Assembly: GCA_964384675.1 (NCBI GenBank)
Contig: CAYLNK010000002.1
Span: 1,516 to 65,515 of the forward strand
Length of the DNA stretch: 64,000 nt
Source of the DNA: an uncultured Holophagales bacterium
Lineage (GTDB): Bacteria; Acidobacteriota; Thermoanaerobaculia; UBA5066
Direction: 5' to 3'
A model generated the notes under the pieces. It ran no database searches, was not told the DNA's origin, and was given only the letters and a program-made list of their open reading frames with translations. Positions 28,257 to 38,597 of the stretch are shown piece after piece. A program made the position numbers and the translations under genes. Positions within the stretch are counted from its first letter, which is position 1. Every line of letters starts with the position of its first letter.

Positions 28257-31200
28257 GTGAAAATGGTCTCAGCTCCGCTTCGCCGATGCGTTCTGCTGTC
28301 GGTCGCCGCCACCGCGCTCCTCGGGGCCCCCGTGAGGGATGCCGAGGCCCAGTGCACCGTGAGCGCCCCCCAGCAGTTCCTGTCGAACCCGTCGCCCTAC
28401 CCTCGTTTCCGGACGGCGGGATACGTCAACAGTCTGGGTCTCTACAAGGACCAGAGCGGCATCCAGCGGATGCTCTCCATCGACAACTACGGCTACTACA
28501 TCTTCAATCTGGCGGACCCCAGCTCTCCGAGCTACATGAGCCAGCTCGACATCGAGCAGACGGTGCCTCGAGTCGGGGACACGTTCTCGATCCTGGGCTC
28601 GCTGGCGACCGCGCCGGACGGGTCGAGGGCTCTCGTCACCACGGGCCACACCGCCGAGAACGGCGTCCTCCTCATGAAGGGGAACAGCAGCGCATTCGTC
28701 TACGGAGGCGATTTCAAGCCGAAGGAAGCGCGCGCCGTGGTCCTCGACCAGAACGGGAGCAAGTGGTGGGGATACGCCCTCAAGGACCAGTATCTCTACG
28801 TCGCCGACGTGAGCAGCTTCTGGACCGGCAACCCGTCGACCAAGCCTAACTCGGTCCCCTCGAGCTTCTACGACATCGGGCCCGTCGTTCCCCGCAGCGC
28901 GTCGGTGGCGAACCACCTGATCGTCTTCGCCGTCGGATCCTCGGGAATTCGCGTGGCCGACGCTCGCAACCCAGGATCCGGCTCGTTCCCGATCTACTCC
29001 GTGAGCGCGACGACGCTCGGCTTCGGGGCCGGCACCAGCGTCGAGCGCGTCAGCTCGACCGTCCACCCGAACGGCACGGTCTACATCGTCGCGGAGGGCG
29101 TGATCAACGGGAACCAGACCGCTGGCTTCGTGATGGGGACCCTCTCCTCCGACGGCAGCAGCTTCAGCCGGAAGGGGAACCTCTGGATGCCGCCGTCGCC
29201 GTATTCGGGGACGGGTTCGATCACCTCGGCCTCCCGCCCTGCTCTGGTGTCCGATTCCAGCAACGGGGAGGTCTGGGCCTTCGTGTGGGGCGGTTCCGCC
29301 GCCAGCCGCTTCAAGCTCTTCGGCCTCTCTCTGAAGGAATGGGAGGGGAGCGGCAGCCCCTCCGACCTGACCCCGAACGCGTCGTACCAGTCCTCCGACT
29401 CGTGGGCCACCATCGCGACGACCGAGCCGCTCAAGGTCGGCTCGACGATCTACCTCTACGTGGGCGCGACGAACTCCGGGCAGGCCCTCACGGTATCGTG
29501 TACGTCCCAGAACTCGCCACCGACCGCCACGATCTCCGTCACGAACGTCTCCGACGGCGACACGGTTTTCGTCGGTGACTCGCTCCGCGTGCACGCTGCC
29601 GTGGCGCCCGCTCCTTCCTCGTCCCAGCTCGCGGACTGGGCCTTCGACTTCAACTACCACTCGAACGAGGGGTCGGGATCGACCTATCCCATCCTGCAGA
29701 CGCCGGACCGCACGCAGTCGGCCGCGAGCAGCCAGCCGTTCTCGAACGAGCTCGTGATAGGTCCGTGTGACCCGCGCACCGGCGGGGCGCTGGCCAGCGG
29801 GGCGGGTTGCTGGGCCTCCGTGCTGGGAGACTTCGCCTCGACGGCCGAGGGAGCGGTGCAGCCGCTCCGATTCGCGATGGAGGCGAGGAACGGGTTCGGC
29901 TCCTCTTCGCTGCGCACCTTCACGATCAACTGGAAGATCCCCAAGGCGAGGTTCACCCCCGTCGCCGTGCTGAACGGCGGCCAGCTCAGCGATGCGTCGG
30001 AGGGGAGTCCCCGCAGCGACGGCGCCGGGTTCCGCTGGTACTTCGGGGAGACGCCGGGCAGTACCGCCGTGGTCGAGGACGTCGGCTGCCGGGACAAGCG
30101 GACCTGCACGCACCCGTTCAACAACGGCAAGGGAAAGTACAAGGCCTGGATCCAGGCGGCGTACTCGAACGGCTTCGTCACGGCGGGCGTGCCGGCCAGC
30201 TCCGCCAGCCTTCGCGACGTCGACGTCCAGGACGTCGTCCTCGGTGTGACGGGCGCCTCCGCGTCCGTGACCCGTACGGGCAGCGCGACGAGCATCCCGC
30301 TCAAGGTGACGAAGACCGCGTCGGGCTCGATCAACGACTGCCCGGCCAGCGGCAGCCCGTACGCCTACAGCATCTGCAAGACGACCGACTCCGCCTGCGC
30401 CAGCGCCAGCTCGGCCACCTACCTCCCTCTCACCGTGGACGGTAGCGGGAACGCCCCCATCTCGTTCCTCTTCCCGGAGAACGGCGACTACTACCTGCGC
30501 GTGAAGTACACCTACGGAACCGGCAGCTGCACGTCGCCCCTCTCGGAGTCGTGGAAGCCGGGCCTGGAGAGCGACCCGACGGCGTTCAAGATCAGCGCGA
30601 CGGACGTCGTCACCGTTCCCTCGATCTACCTCGCCGGGCTCAACGGCTCGCAGGAGTACCCGCTCTGCGCTCTCTATTGCAGCGGCGGCAAGTTCAGCGT
30701 CTCACCGGGCCAGACCATCGTCGTGTACGCCTACGTGAACGGCGTCGTCGATCCGAATCCGCCCCCGGGTCTCAGCTGGTCCTTCGGCTCCGCGGGAAGC
30801 CCGAGCCCGTCGAGCGGCAACGGGCAGGGCGTCCGGTTCTCGTATTCGACGGCGGCCACGACCGCGACGATCACCATGCAGGGGTATCCCCAGACGTACA
30901 CCTTCCTCGGCAAGGTGTCCGGCACCACGCCGCCGCCGCCCACCGGCCTCTCGGTGACCGCGTCGGCCAACCCCAACCCGGGCACGGTGAACCAGGCGGT
31001 GTCGTTCACGGCGGCCGCCTCGGGGGGGACCTCGCCCTACACGTACTCGTGGAACTTCACCGACGGGGCCACGTCGAACCAGCAGAACCCCTCCCACTCC
31101 TACTCGGCGACCGGCTCGTACTCCGTGGTCTGCACCGCGACCGATCAGACCGGTGCGCAGGCATCCCGGACGGTCTTCCTGACGGTCAATCCCGTGGCCG

Positions 31201-33284
31201 CGCCCACGCTCGCGGTGGCGCTCACCGACACGCAGACCGGGACGGGGCTCTTCGCGTACCAGGGGAAGTTCCAGGCCGCCAGCGGACAGAGCATCACCTT
31301 CACCGCACGGCTCGGTGAGTCCCTGGCCTCGAACGTGATCTGGGTGTTCGGTGACGGCCAGCAGTCGGCGGCGAACCCGGCCACCTACGTCTACACGAAC
31401 ACGACGGCGTCGGACAAGACGTTCAACGGGTCGATCTCGAACGGTGGCTCCACGATCAATTTCGCCGTGCTGGTCACGAAGGCCGTCAACCAGAACCCGA
31501 CGGGCGCCTACACGTATCGCTACGTCGACACCAGCGCCGTCGACATCGCCAAGGTCGACGCGTCCAAGGCGGTCCGCTTCACGGCCTCCGAGGACGCCGA
31601 CAGCTACGACTGGGACTTCGGGGACAGCAGCCTCCACGGGACCACCAAGAGCGTCGACCACACGTTCCCCGCGACCGGCGGCGCGTACCGGGTCGCGCTC
31701 AAGGAAGTGAAGGCGGGCACGACGTACACCACGGCGAGCCCGGTGACCTTCACGATCCCGGCCCCCCCCGAGCCGCCGCGCTGGATGCTCGTCGGCATGG
31801 CGTCGACGGAGGGGCAGGGCGGCGCGTACTGGAGGTCCGACGTCACGATCTACAACCCGAGCGCCGAGCAGGGGATGGCGCTGCGCCTCGCCTTCCTGGA
31901 CGCCAGCAAGACGGTGAAGCCCGAGGACCTCAAGTGGGCGGTCGTGATCCTGCCTCCGCTCGGGACCAAGACGGTCGTCGACATCCTCGGGAACGGGGCG
32001 CTCCCGGACTGGGGCCTCTTCACGGCGAACCGCTCGGGGGCCCTGCTCATCCAGGGCGACACGCTCCCGACCAACACCGACCCGGTGGTGGTCGGGAAGA
32101 CCTACAACACGGGTACCGTGGAATCGGGGACCTACGGCCTCTCGATCCCGGCGGTGCGCGTCACCGAAGGCGTCAAGCCCTCGAGCGTGGCGGCGGCCAG
32201 CCAGCTGATCGGCCTCCGGCAGACCGACGATTTCTACACGAACCTCGCTGTGGTGAACCTGCGCGCCGACGACGCCGAGGTAGAGGTCCGGTTCTACAAC
32301 GCCGCCGGCGCCCTGGTCGGCCAGCCGGTCACCTACCAGGTCGGGCCGTACGGCATCCAGCAGAAGAACAACATCCTGCGCGACGTCGCGGGGTATCCGG
32401 ACCCGCTCGACTCGTTCCGGGCCGTGCTGACGATCAAGAAGGGGACCGGGGTCACGGCGTTCGCGTCGGTGACCGACGTGAGGTCCAAGGACCCGATCTT
32501 CATCGCCCCCCAGCCGAAGACGAACCCGTCCTACCGTCTGCCGGGCATCGTCCGCGCGGCGGGGGCAAACAACTCGCTGTTCCGGAGCGACGTCGTGCTC
32601 TACAACACGTCCTCCGCGGCGCGCACGGCGACGCTCGCGTTCACCTACCGCTCGTCGAAGGACACCTCGGTCACCAACAAGTTCTGGGAAATCCCCCTCG
32701 CCGCCAACCAGGTGGTGGACATCAACGACTTCGTCAAGACGCAGCTGAACCTGGCGGAGTCCGACGACACCTCGTACTACGACTCGTTCGTCGACGTCCA
32801 GCAAAACGACTCGGGGCAGGACCCGATCCTGGTCATGGGCCGCACCTACAACAAGCAGGACAACGGCAGCACCGGGCTGCAGGTGAAGGCCTTCGGGCCC
32901 GACGACACCGCCTCGGCGTCGGGCGTGAAGAAGCGCCTGATCCTGACGGGGCTCAAGTCGTCCGCCGACCAGTCGGTCGGGTTCCGCTCCAACGTCGCCG
33001 TCTTCCTCGGCACACCCGGTCAGTCGGGCTCGGCGCAGCTGAAGATCCGACTCTACGACGGCAACGGCGACTCGCAGGGGACGCTCAACGTGAGCCTGAG
33101 CGCGGCCAAGCCGTTCCTCCAGATCGGCGACCGCGAGCTGTTCGGAGGCGCGCGGTGGGACCTGTCGAACATCACGGTCGTCGTCGACGTCATCTCCGGG
33201 ACGGTGCCCGTCGCGGGATACGCGACCACGCTCGACAACCGGTCCAACGACGCGGTCTTCACCGGCGCGGTCGCCCTCCCGTAG
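28257..33284 (+). CDS. Giant secreted protein 1 (1675 aa): conserved N-terminal domain, PKD domain, two tandem C-terminal ~250-aa modules
   Basis: Signal peptide MKMVSAPLRRCVLLSVAATALLGAPVRDAEA. The N-terminal ~430 aa is about 70-80% identical to the next gene. PKD domain at about nt 30940-31200 (…SPYTYSWNFTDG…GSYSVVCTATDQTG…). Two C-terminal modules share GGAYWRSDVTIYNPS / NNSLFRSDVVLYNTS motifs. Confidence 0.8.
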   Translation: MKMVSAPLRRCVLLSVAATALLGAPVRDAEAQCTVSAPQQFLSNPSPYPRFRTAGYVNSLGLYKDQSGIQRMLSIDNYGYYIFNLADPSSPSYMSQLDIEQTVPRVGDTFSILGSLATAPDGSRALVTTGHTAENGVLLMKGNSSAFVYGGDFKPKEARAVVLDQNGSKWWGYALKDQYLYVADVSSFWTGNPSTKPNSVPSSFYDIGPVVPRSASVANHLIVFAVGSSGIRVADARNPGSGSFPIYSVSATTLGFGAGTSVERVSSTVHPNGTVYIVAEGVINGNQTAGFVMGTLSSDGSSFSRKGNLWMPPSPYSGTGSITSASRPALVSDSSNGEVWAFVWGGSAASRFKLFGLSLKEWEGSGSPSDLTPNASYQSSDSWATIATTEPLKVGSTIYLYVGATNSGQALTVSCTSQNSPPTATISVTNVSDGDTVFVGDSLRVHAAVAPAPSSSQLADWAFDFNYHSNEGSGSTYPILQTPDRTQSAASSQPFSNELVIGPCDPRTGGALASGAGCWASVLGDFASTAEGAVQPLRFAMEARNGFGSSSLRTFTINWKIPKARFTPVAVLNGGQLSDASEGSPRSDGAGFRWYFGETPGSTAVVEDVGCRDKRTCTHPFNNGKGKYKAWIQAAYSNGFVTAGVPASSASLRDVDVQDVVLGVTGASASVTRTGSATSIPLKVTKTASGSINDCPASGSPYAYSICKTTDSACASASSATYLPLTVDGSGNAPISFLFPENGDYYLRVKYTYGTGSCTSPLSESWKPGLESDPTAFKISATDVVTVPSIYLAGLNGSQEYPLCALYCSGGKFSVSPGQTIVVYAYVNGVVDPNPPPGLSWSFGSAGSPSPSSGNGQGVRFSYSTAATTATITMQGYPQTYTFLGKVSGTTPPPPTGLSVTASANPNPGTVNQAVSFTAAASGGTSPYTYSWNFTDGATSNQQNPSHSYSATGSYSVVCTATDQTGAQASRTVFLTVNPVAAPTLAVALTDTQTGTGLFAYQGKFQAASGQSITFTARLGESLASNVIWVFGDGQQSAANPATYVYTNTTASDKTFNGSISNGGSTINFAVLVTKAVNQNPTGAYTYRYVDTSAVDIAKVDASKAVRFTASEDADSYDWDFGDSSLHGTTKSVDHTFPATGGAYRVALKEVKAGTTYTTASPVTFTIPAPPEPPRWMLVGMASTEGQGGAYWRSDVTIYNPSAEQGMALRLAFLDASKTVKPEDLKWAVVILPPLGTKTVVDILGNGALPDWGLFTANRSGALLIQGDTLPTNTDPVVVGKTYNTGTVESGTYGLSIPAVRVTEGVKPSSVAAASQLIGLRQTDDFYTNLAVVNLRADDAEVEVRFYNAAGALVGQPVTYQVGPYGIQQKNNILRDVAGYPDPLDSFRAVLTIKKGTGVTAFASVTDVRSKDPIFIAPQPKTNPSYRLPGIVRAAGANNSLFRSDVVLYNTSSAARTATLAFTYRSSKDTSVTNKFWEIPLAANQVVDINDFVKTQLNLAESDDTSYYDSFVDVQQNDSGQDPILVMGRTYNKQDNGSTGLQVKAFGPDDTASASGVKKRLILTGLKSSADQSVGFRSNVAVFLGTPGQSGSAQLKIRLYDGNGDSQGTLNVSLSAAKPFLQIGDRELFGGARWDLSNITVVVDVISGTVPVAGYATTLDNRSNDAVFTGAVALP

Positions 33285-33350
33285 CACCACCCGCCGACAC
33301 CATCCTTCCGGCCCGGGCGTGAGCCCGGGCCGTTCCCGTCTGGAGCCCCG

Positions 33351-36300
33351 ATGTCCCGCGCCTCGTCCCGACGCCTCCTGATCGCCGCGGTCATCGCGCT
33401 CTCCCTGGGGCCGTGGGACCGCTCCGCGAGCGCGCAGTGCACGGTGGGCCCGCCGTACGAGTTCCTCTCGGCGCCCGGCCCCTACTCGCGCTTCCGGACC
33501 GAGGGCTACGTCAACAGCCTCGGCGTCTACGAGGACGGGAGCGGGGCCCGCCGGCTCCTCTCGGTCGACAACTACGGCTACTACGTCTTCAGCCTCGGGA
33601 CCCCTGGAGCGCCGAGCCACATGGGCCAGCTCGACATCGAGCAGACCGTGCCGCGCCTCGGCGACACGTTCTCGATCCTGGGACCGCTCGCCGTGGCGCC
33701 CGACGGCTCGCGCGCGCTCGTCTCCACCGGGCACACCGCGGCGAACGGCGTCCTCCTGATGAAGGGCGCGAGCAGCTCGTTCTCGTACGGAGGTGACTTC
33801 AAGCCGACCGGGGCCCGCGACGTGGTGCTCGACCAGGTCGGGAGCAAGTGGTGGGGCTACGCCCTGAAGGACGGTTACCTGTACGCGGCCGACGTGACGT
33901 CGTTCTGGAGCGGCGTCCCGGCCACGAAGCCGGGCTCGATCGCTTCGGAATTCCACGGGATCGGGAGCGTGGTGCCACGGAGCGCGTCCGTGGCGAACCA
34001 CCTGATCGTCTTCGCGACCGGCGGCGGCGTGACCGTGGTCGACGCTCGTAACCCGACGTCGTACTTCCCGTACAACGCGCACTCCGCGGCCTCCCTCGGG
34101 TTCCCGGCCGGCACGAGCCTGGAGCGGGTCAGCGCGGTCACGCGTCCCAACGGCACGGTCCTGATCGTGGCGGAGGGAGTCGTGAACGGGAACCAGACCG
34201 CGGGCTTCGTGATGGGGACGCTCTCGGCCGACGGGGGCACGTTCACGCAGCTCGGGAATCGCTGGGTGCCTCCCGCGCCGTTCTCGGGAGACGGCTCGAT
34301 CACGACGGGCTCCAGGCCCGCGCTCGTGTCGGACGGCGACGCGGGCGACGTCTGGATCTTCGTCTGGGGCGGCTCGTCGACGGGCCAGCTCAAGCTGTAT
34401 GGCCTCTCGGCGAACGACTGGGAGACACGTGGAGCTCCGGCCGACCTCACGCCGACGGCGTCGTACCAGGCCTCCTCGAGCTGGGCCTACGTCGCCACCA
34501 CCGAGCCGCTCATGGTCGGCTCGAGCATCTACCTCTACGTCGGCGCGACCAACTCCGCGCAGGCGATCCGCCTGAGCTGCAAGGCCCCGGCTGCCACGCC
34601 GTCGATCTCGCTCGCGTTCGTGAACGGCGGCGTCGAGTATCCGCTCTGCAGCATGGCGGGCTCCTGCGGCGGGGGGCGCTTCTCGGTGGAGACCGGGCAG
34701 GAGCTGGTCGCGTACGCCTACAAGGGCGGCGTGAAGGACCCGACGCCGCCGGCGGGGCTGGCCTGGTCGTTCGGCGGCGCCGGAGCCCCGTCTCCGACCG
34801 GCGGGACCGGCCAGGGCGTTCATTTCACGTTCACGGCGCCCGCCGGGGACGTCGCGGTCACCATGACCGGGTATCCCGAGACGTACACCTTCACGGGGGC
34901 CGTCTCGAATGCCCTCGCCGTCACGGCCACGGCCGCTCCCAATCCAGGGCGGGTGGGGGAGCCGGTGCAGCTGGGCGCCACGGTGACGGGCGGAACGCCT
35001 CCCTACACGTACGTCTGGACGTTCGGCGACGGCACCACGTCGGCGCTGCCGGCGCCCGTCCACGCCTACGCGAACGCGGGCACCTACTCCGTGACGTGCT
35101 CGGTCAGGGACGCCAACGGGCTCACGAAGGCGGCCGTCGTGCCGGTGACCGTCGACGTCGTGGTCCCGTCCGCGCTCGCGGCCGCGGTGACCGACACCGA
35201 GACCGGCGCGCCTCTCGTCGAATCCGGTGGCCTGCTCCTTTCGGCGAGCGGGCAGAGCCTCACCTTCACGGCGCGCGACGGCGAGACCCTGGCCCCGTCG
35301 GTCGTGTGGAGGTTCGGGGACGGCCAGCTCTCGGCTCTCAACCCGGTGACCCACGTCTACGGGAACAACGGCGCCCTGGACCTCGTCTACAACGGCTCGA
35401 TCTCCGCGGGCGGCGTCACGATCCTCTTCTCGATCGCCGTCGCGCCCGCGGACGCGCCTCCGACGGGCGCCTACTCCTACACCTATTCCGACGGCGGCCC
35501 CGTCGTGGCCACGAAGGTCGATCGGGGGCGCGCCGTCCGGTTCACCGCCGCCGAGAAGGCGGACGGCTACGACTGGGACTTCGGGGACGGCAGCCCGCAC
35601 GGCGCGGCGCGAAGCGTCGACCACACCTTCCCGACGACGGGAGGGGACTACACGGTGACCCTCCGCGAGACGAAGGGCGCCCTGACGGCCGTCACGGCGA
35701 GTCCGGTGACGTTCCACGTTCCGCCTCCCCCCGAGCCGCCACGCTGGATGCTGGTCGGCATGGCGTCGACCGAAGGGCAGGGCGGGGCGTACTGGCGTTC
35801 CGACGTCACGATCGGCAACCCGAGCGGCGCGGCGCCGATGACGGTGCGTGTCGCGCACCTCGACGCCGAAAGGAGCGTCCCGGCGTCCGGGCTCGCCTGG
35901 TCGGTGGTCACGCTCGCCCCGCGCGCCACGCGAACCCTCGTCGATGTCCTCGGCGCCGGCGCCCTGCCCGAGTGGGGCCTCGCGCCCGCGAACCGCTCCG
36001 GCGCCCTTCTCGTGGAGGGCGTCTCGTTGCCCTCGGACGTCGAGCCGGTCCTGGTGGGAAGGACGTACAACACCGGGACCTCGGGGTCCGGGACGTTCGG
36101 GCTCTCGATCCCGGCGGTCCGTACCACGGAGGGGATCCGTCCCCAGGGCGCGGCGTGGGCGTCGCAGCTGATCGGCCTCCGCCAGACCGAAGCGCACTAC
36201 ACGAACCTCGCGGTCGTGAACCTCGGGACGGACGACGCCGAGGTCGAGGTGAGGTTCTTCGATCCGACGGGCGCGGTGCTCGGGCAGCCGGTGCTGTACC

Positions 36301-37247
36301 AGGTCGGGCCGTACGGGATCCAGCAGCGGAACAACGTGCTCCGGGACGCCGCGGGCGTCGCGAGCCCGACCGACTCGTTCCGCGCGTCTCTCACCGTCCG
36401 CCGTGGGACCGGCGTCACCGCGTACGCGTCCGTCACCGACGTGGCGTCCAAGGACCCGGTCCTGAGCGTCCCGGCGGCCGGCGTGAGCGCGTCTTATCGC
36501 CTGCCGGGGATCATCCGGGCGGCGGGCGCGAACGGCTCGCTCTTCCGGAGCGACGTGGTCCTGTACAACGCCGCGGCGGCGGCGCGAGTCGCCACGTTCA
36601 CTTACTCGTATCGCACGAGCCGCGACCCGTCGCTCCGCAGCCTCACCTGGCAGGCTCCGCTCGCGGCCGGGCAGGTCCTCGACATCGTCGACTTCGTGAA
36701 GGCCCGGCTTCCCGTGCCCGACGGCGACGAGACGTCGTACACGGACTCCTTCGTCGACGTGGCGCAGGACGACGGGGGGCCGGATCCGATCCTCGTGATG
36801 GGACGCACGTACAACCAGCAGGGCTCGGGCAGCACCGGACTCCAGGTGAAGGCGTTCGGACCGGCGGACACCGCGTCCGCCGCCGGGCCGAAGCGGCGTC
36901 TCTACCTCACCGGACTCCGCTCCTCGACCGACGGGACGACGGGCTTCCGCTCCAACGTCGCGCTCTTCCTGGGGACGCCGGGAGCCCAGGGGACGGCCCA
37001 GGTGGAGGTGAAGGTCCTGGACGGAAGCGGCGACGTGAAGGGCACGACCGGCGTCACCCTCTCGGCGGGCCAGCCGTTCGTCCAGCTCGGGGACCGGACG
37101 CTCTTCGGCGGGGCGGCCTGGGACCTCTCGAGCATCACGGTCGTCCTCGAGGTGGTCGCCGGCCCGGAGCCGGTCGCCGCCTACGCCACGTCCCTGGACA
37201 ACGTGTCGAACGACGCGGTGTTCCTGCCCGCGGCTCCGCTCCCGTAG
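33351..37247 (+). CDS. Giant secreted protein 2 (1298 aa), tandem paralog of protein 1
   Basis: Signal peptide followed by SASAQCTVGPPYEFLSAPGPYSRFRTEGYVNSLGVYEDGSG…, closely paralogous to gene 1. PKD domain at about nt 34920-35160 (PPYTYVWTFGDGTTS…GTYSVTCSVRDANG). The same two C-terminal modules are present. It lacks a ~370-aa segment that gene 1 has. Confidence 0.8.
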   Translation: MSRASSRRLLIAAVIALSLGPWDRSASAQCTVGPPYEFLSAPGPYSRFRTEGYVNSLGVYEDGSGARRLLSVDNYGYYVFSLGTPGAPSHMGQLDIEQTVPRLGDTFSILGPLAVAPDGSRALVSTGHTAANGVLLMKGASSSFSYGGDFKPTGARDVVLDQVGSKWWGYALKDGYLYAADVTSFWSGVPATKPGSIASEFHGIGSVVPRSASVANHLIVFATGGGVTVVDARNPTSYFPYNAHSAASLGFPAGTSLERVSAVTRPNGTVLIVAEGVVNGNQTAGFVMGTLSADGGTFTQLGNRWVPPAPFSGDGSITTGSRPALVSDGDAGDVWIFVWGGSSTGQLKLYGLSANDWETRGAPADLTPTASYQASSSWAYVATTEPLMVGSSIYLYVGATNSAQAIRLSCKAPAATPSISLAFVNGGVEYPLCSMAGSCGGGRFSVETGQELVAYAYKGGVKDPTPPAGLAWSFGGAGAPSPTGGTGQGVHFTFTAPAGDVAVTMTGYPETYTFTGAVSNALAVTATAAPNPGRVGEPVQLGATVTGGTPPYTYVWTFGDGTTSALPAPVHAYANAGTYSVTCSVRDANGLTKAAVVPVTVDVVVPSALAAAVTDTETGAPLVESGGLLLSASGQSLTFTARDGETLAPSVVWRFGDGQLSALNPVTHVYGNNGALDLVYNGSISAGGVTILFSIAVAPADAPPTGAYSYTYSDGGPVVATKVDRGRAVRFTAAEKADGYDWDFGDGSPHGAARSVDHTFPTTGGDYTVTLRETKGALTAVTASPVTFHVPPPPEPPRWMLVGMASTEGQGGAYWRSDVTIGNPSGAAPMTVRVAHLDAERSVPASGLAWSVVTLAPRATRTLVDVLGAGALPEWGLAPANRSGALLVEGVSLPSDVEPVLVGRTYNTGTSGSGTFGLSIPAVRTTEGIRPQGAAWASQLIGLRQTEAHYTNLAVVNLGTDDAEVEVRFFDPTGAVLGQPVLYQVGPYGIQQRNNVLRDAAGVASPTDSFRASLTVRRGTGVTAYASVTDVASKDPVLSVPAAGVSASYRLPGIIRAAGANGSLFRSDVVLYNAAAAARVATFTYSYRTSRDPSLRSLTWQAPLAAGQVLDIVDFVKARLPVPDGDETSYTDSFVDVAQDDGGPDPILVMGRTYNQQGSGSTGLQVKAFGPADTASAAGPKRRLYLTGLRSSTDGTTGFRSNVALFLGTPGAQGTAQVEVKVLDGSGDVKGTTGVTLSAGQPFVQLGDRTLFGGAAWDLSSITVVLEVVAGPEPVAAYATSLDNVSNDAVFLPAAPLP

Positions 37248-37279
37248 GGGCGGGATCCACCTTCGGGTACCCTCGAGCC

Positions 37280-38488
37280 GTGGCGTTCGAGCCGGCGGTC
37301 CCCGTGGACGACGTGATCGCGTTCACGGATCTCTCCAAGGTGTATCGCGTCTACGCGAGCCCGCGCGAGAGGCTCGTCTCGGCCCTCTTCGGGGGCGGGC
37401 GGGGCACCGAGGTCCACGCGCTGCGCGGCGTGTCGGGTCGCGTCCCGAGGGGGCGTGTCATGGGGCTGGTGGGAGAGAACGGCTCGGGCAAGAGCACCCT
37501 CCTGAAGGTCCTCTCCGGCACGACTCCGCCGACGGCCGGCACGGTGAGCGTATCGGGCCGCGTGGCGTCGATCCTGGAGCTCGGCTCCGCCTTCCACCCC
37601 GAGGTGACGGGACGGAAGAACGTCGTCCTGCAGGCCGCGCTCCTCGGTCTCTCGCGCGCCGAGACGGAGGCCGCGCTTCCGGAGATCGAGCGCTTCGCCG
37701 AGCTGGGGGAGTTCTTCGACCGGCCGGTGAAGACGTACTCGTCCGGGATGGCGATGCGTCTCGCGTTCGCGGCGGCCACCGCCGTCCTGCCCGACGTCGT
37801 GCTCCTCGACGAGGCGCTCGCCGTCGGAGACGGCCGCTTCCAAAAGAAGTGCGTGGACCGGATCCACGATCTGAAGGCCTCGGGCCGGACGATCCTCTTC
37901 TGCAGCCACGCGATGTACTACGTCTCCACGATCTGTGACGAGGCCATCTGGCTGCGACATGGCGAGGTCGCCGCCTCGGGGGACGCGCAGAAGGTCGTCC
38001 TCGAGTACGAACGGTTCCTCGCCGGCAAGGAGCAGCGCGACCAGTCGGCGGCTCCGGCGCACGCCGTCCAGCCCGATTCGCACGGCCGGATCGTCTCGGT
38101 CGACGTCGTCGGCGCCGGCGGGGAGCCGCGCACCGCCTTCGCTCCGGGCGAGCCGTGGGGGGTCGTGCTCGACCTCGCCGTCGACCGCGCGGACCGCCCG
38201 GTCCAGATCCACCTCGCGGTGTCGACGCGTGACAACGTCGTTTGCCTTTCCTTCGACACGCGCCTGGACGGCTTCGGCCCGCTCTTGGGCGCGGAGCGGT
38301 ACCGCGTGCGGATCGGGCTCGACTCGCTCCCGCTCGCGAAAGGGGAATTCATCGTCTACGCGTACCTGGCCGACGAGAAATCCCTGGCGCTCTACGACGC
38401 CCGGAGCGACCGCGCCTTTCACGTGGAGTCCGAGGCGTGGCAGAGCGGCCTCTTCCTGGCGCCGGGGCGCTGGGAGCGCCTGACCTGA
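37280..38488 (+). CDS. ABC transporter ATP-binding protein, Wzt/KpsT/TagH type with C-terminal Wzt_C-like substrate-binding domain
   Basis: Walker A GENGSGKST, signature YSSGMAMRL, Walker B VVLLDEALAVGD, H-loop CSHAM. About 170-aa C-terminal beta-rich extension as in Wzt. Start set to the in-frame GTG at 37280. No strong SD, so the start is uncertain. Confidence 0.75.
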   Translation: MAFEPAVPVDDVIAFTDLSKVYRVYASPRERLVSALFGGGRGTEVHALRGVSGRVPRGRVMGLVGENGSGKSTLLKVLSGTTPPTAGTVSVSGRVASILELGSAFHPEVTGRKNVVLQAALLGLSRAETEAALPEIERFAELGEFFDRPVKTYSSGMAMRLAFAAATAVLPDVVLLDEALAVGDGRFQKKCVDRIHDLKASGRTILFCSHAMYYVSTICDEAIWLRHGEVAASGDAQKVVLEYERFLAGKEQRDQSAAPAHAVQPDSHGRIVSVDVVGAGGEPRTAFAPGEPWGVVLDLAVDRADRPVQIHLAVSTRDNVVCLSFDTRLDGFGPLLGAERYRVRIGLDSLPLAKGEFIVYAYLADEKSLALYDARSDRAFHVESEAWQSGLFLAPGRWERLT

Positions 38489-38597
38489 GGTCCCGGCGCG
38501 CCATTCGCCTCGGGTTGCGAGCCCCGGGCCGGGTTGCTATCGTGGAACGAGGACAGGCCGGGCTCGCACCCTCGCGGCCGCCGGATCCGGCTCTCCC

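Noticed and set aside
30702-36197. 1831-aa minus-strand ORF antisense to the giant protein genes. Other very long antisense ORFs look similar, e.g. 10956..12944, 25177..26304, 39266..42715, 43225..46413, 52985..58324.
   Set aside because: Products are low-complexity, Arg/Gly/Pro/Asp-rich polypeptides with no motifs. They lie antisense to well-supported genes. Stop-free antisense frames are expected at about 70% GC.
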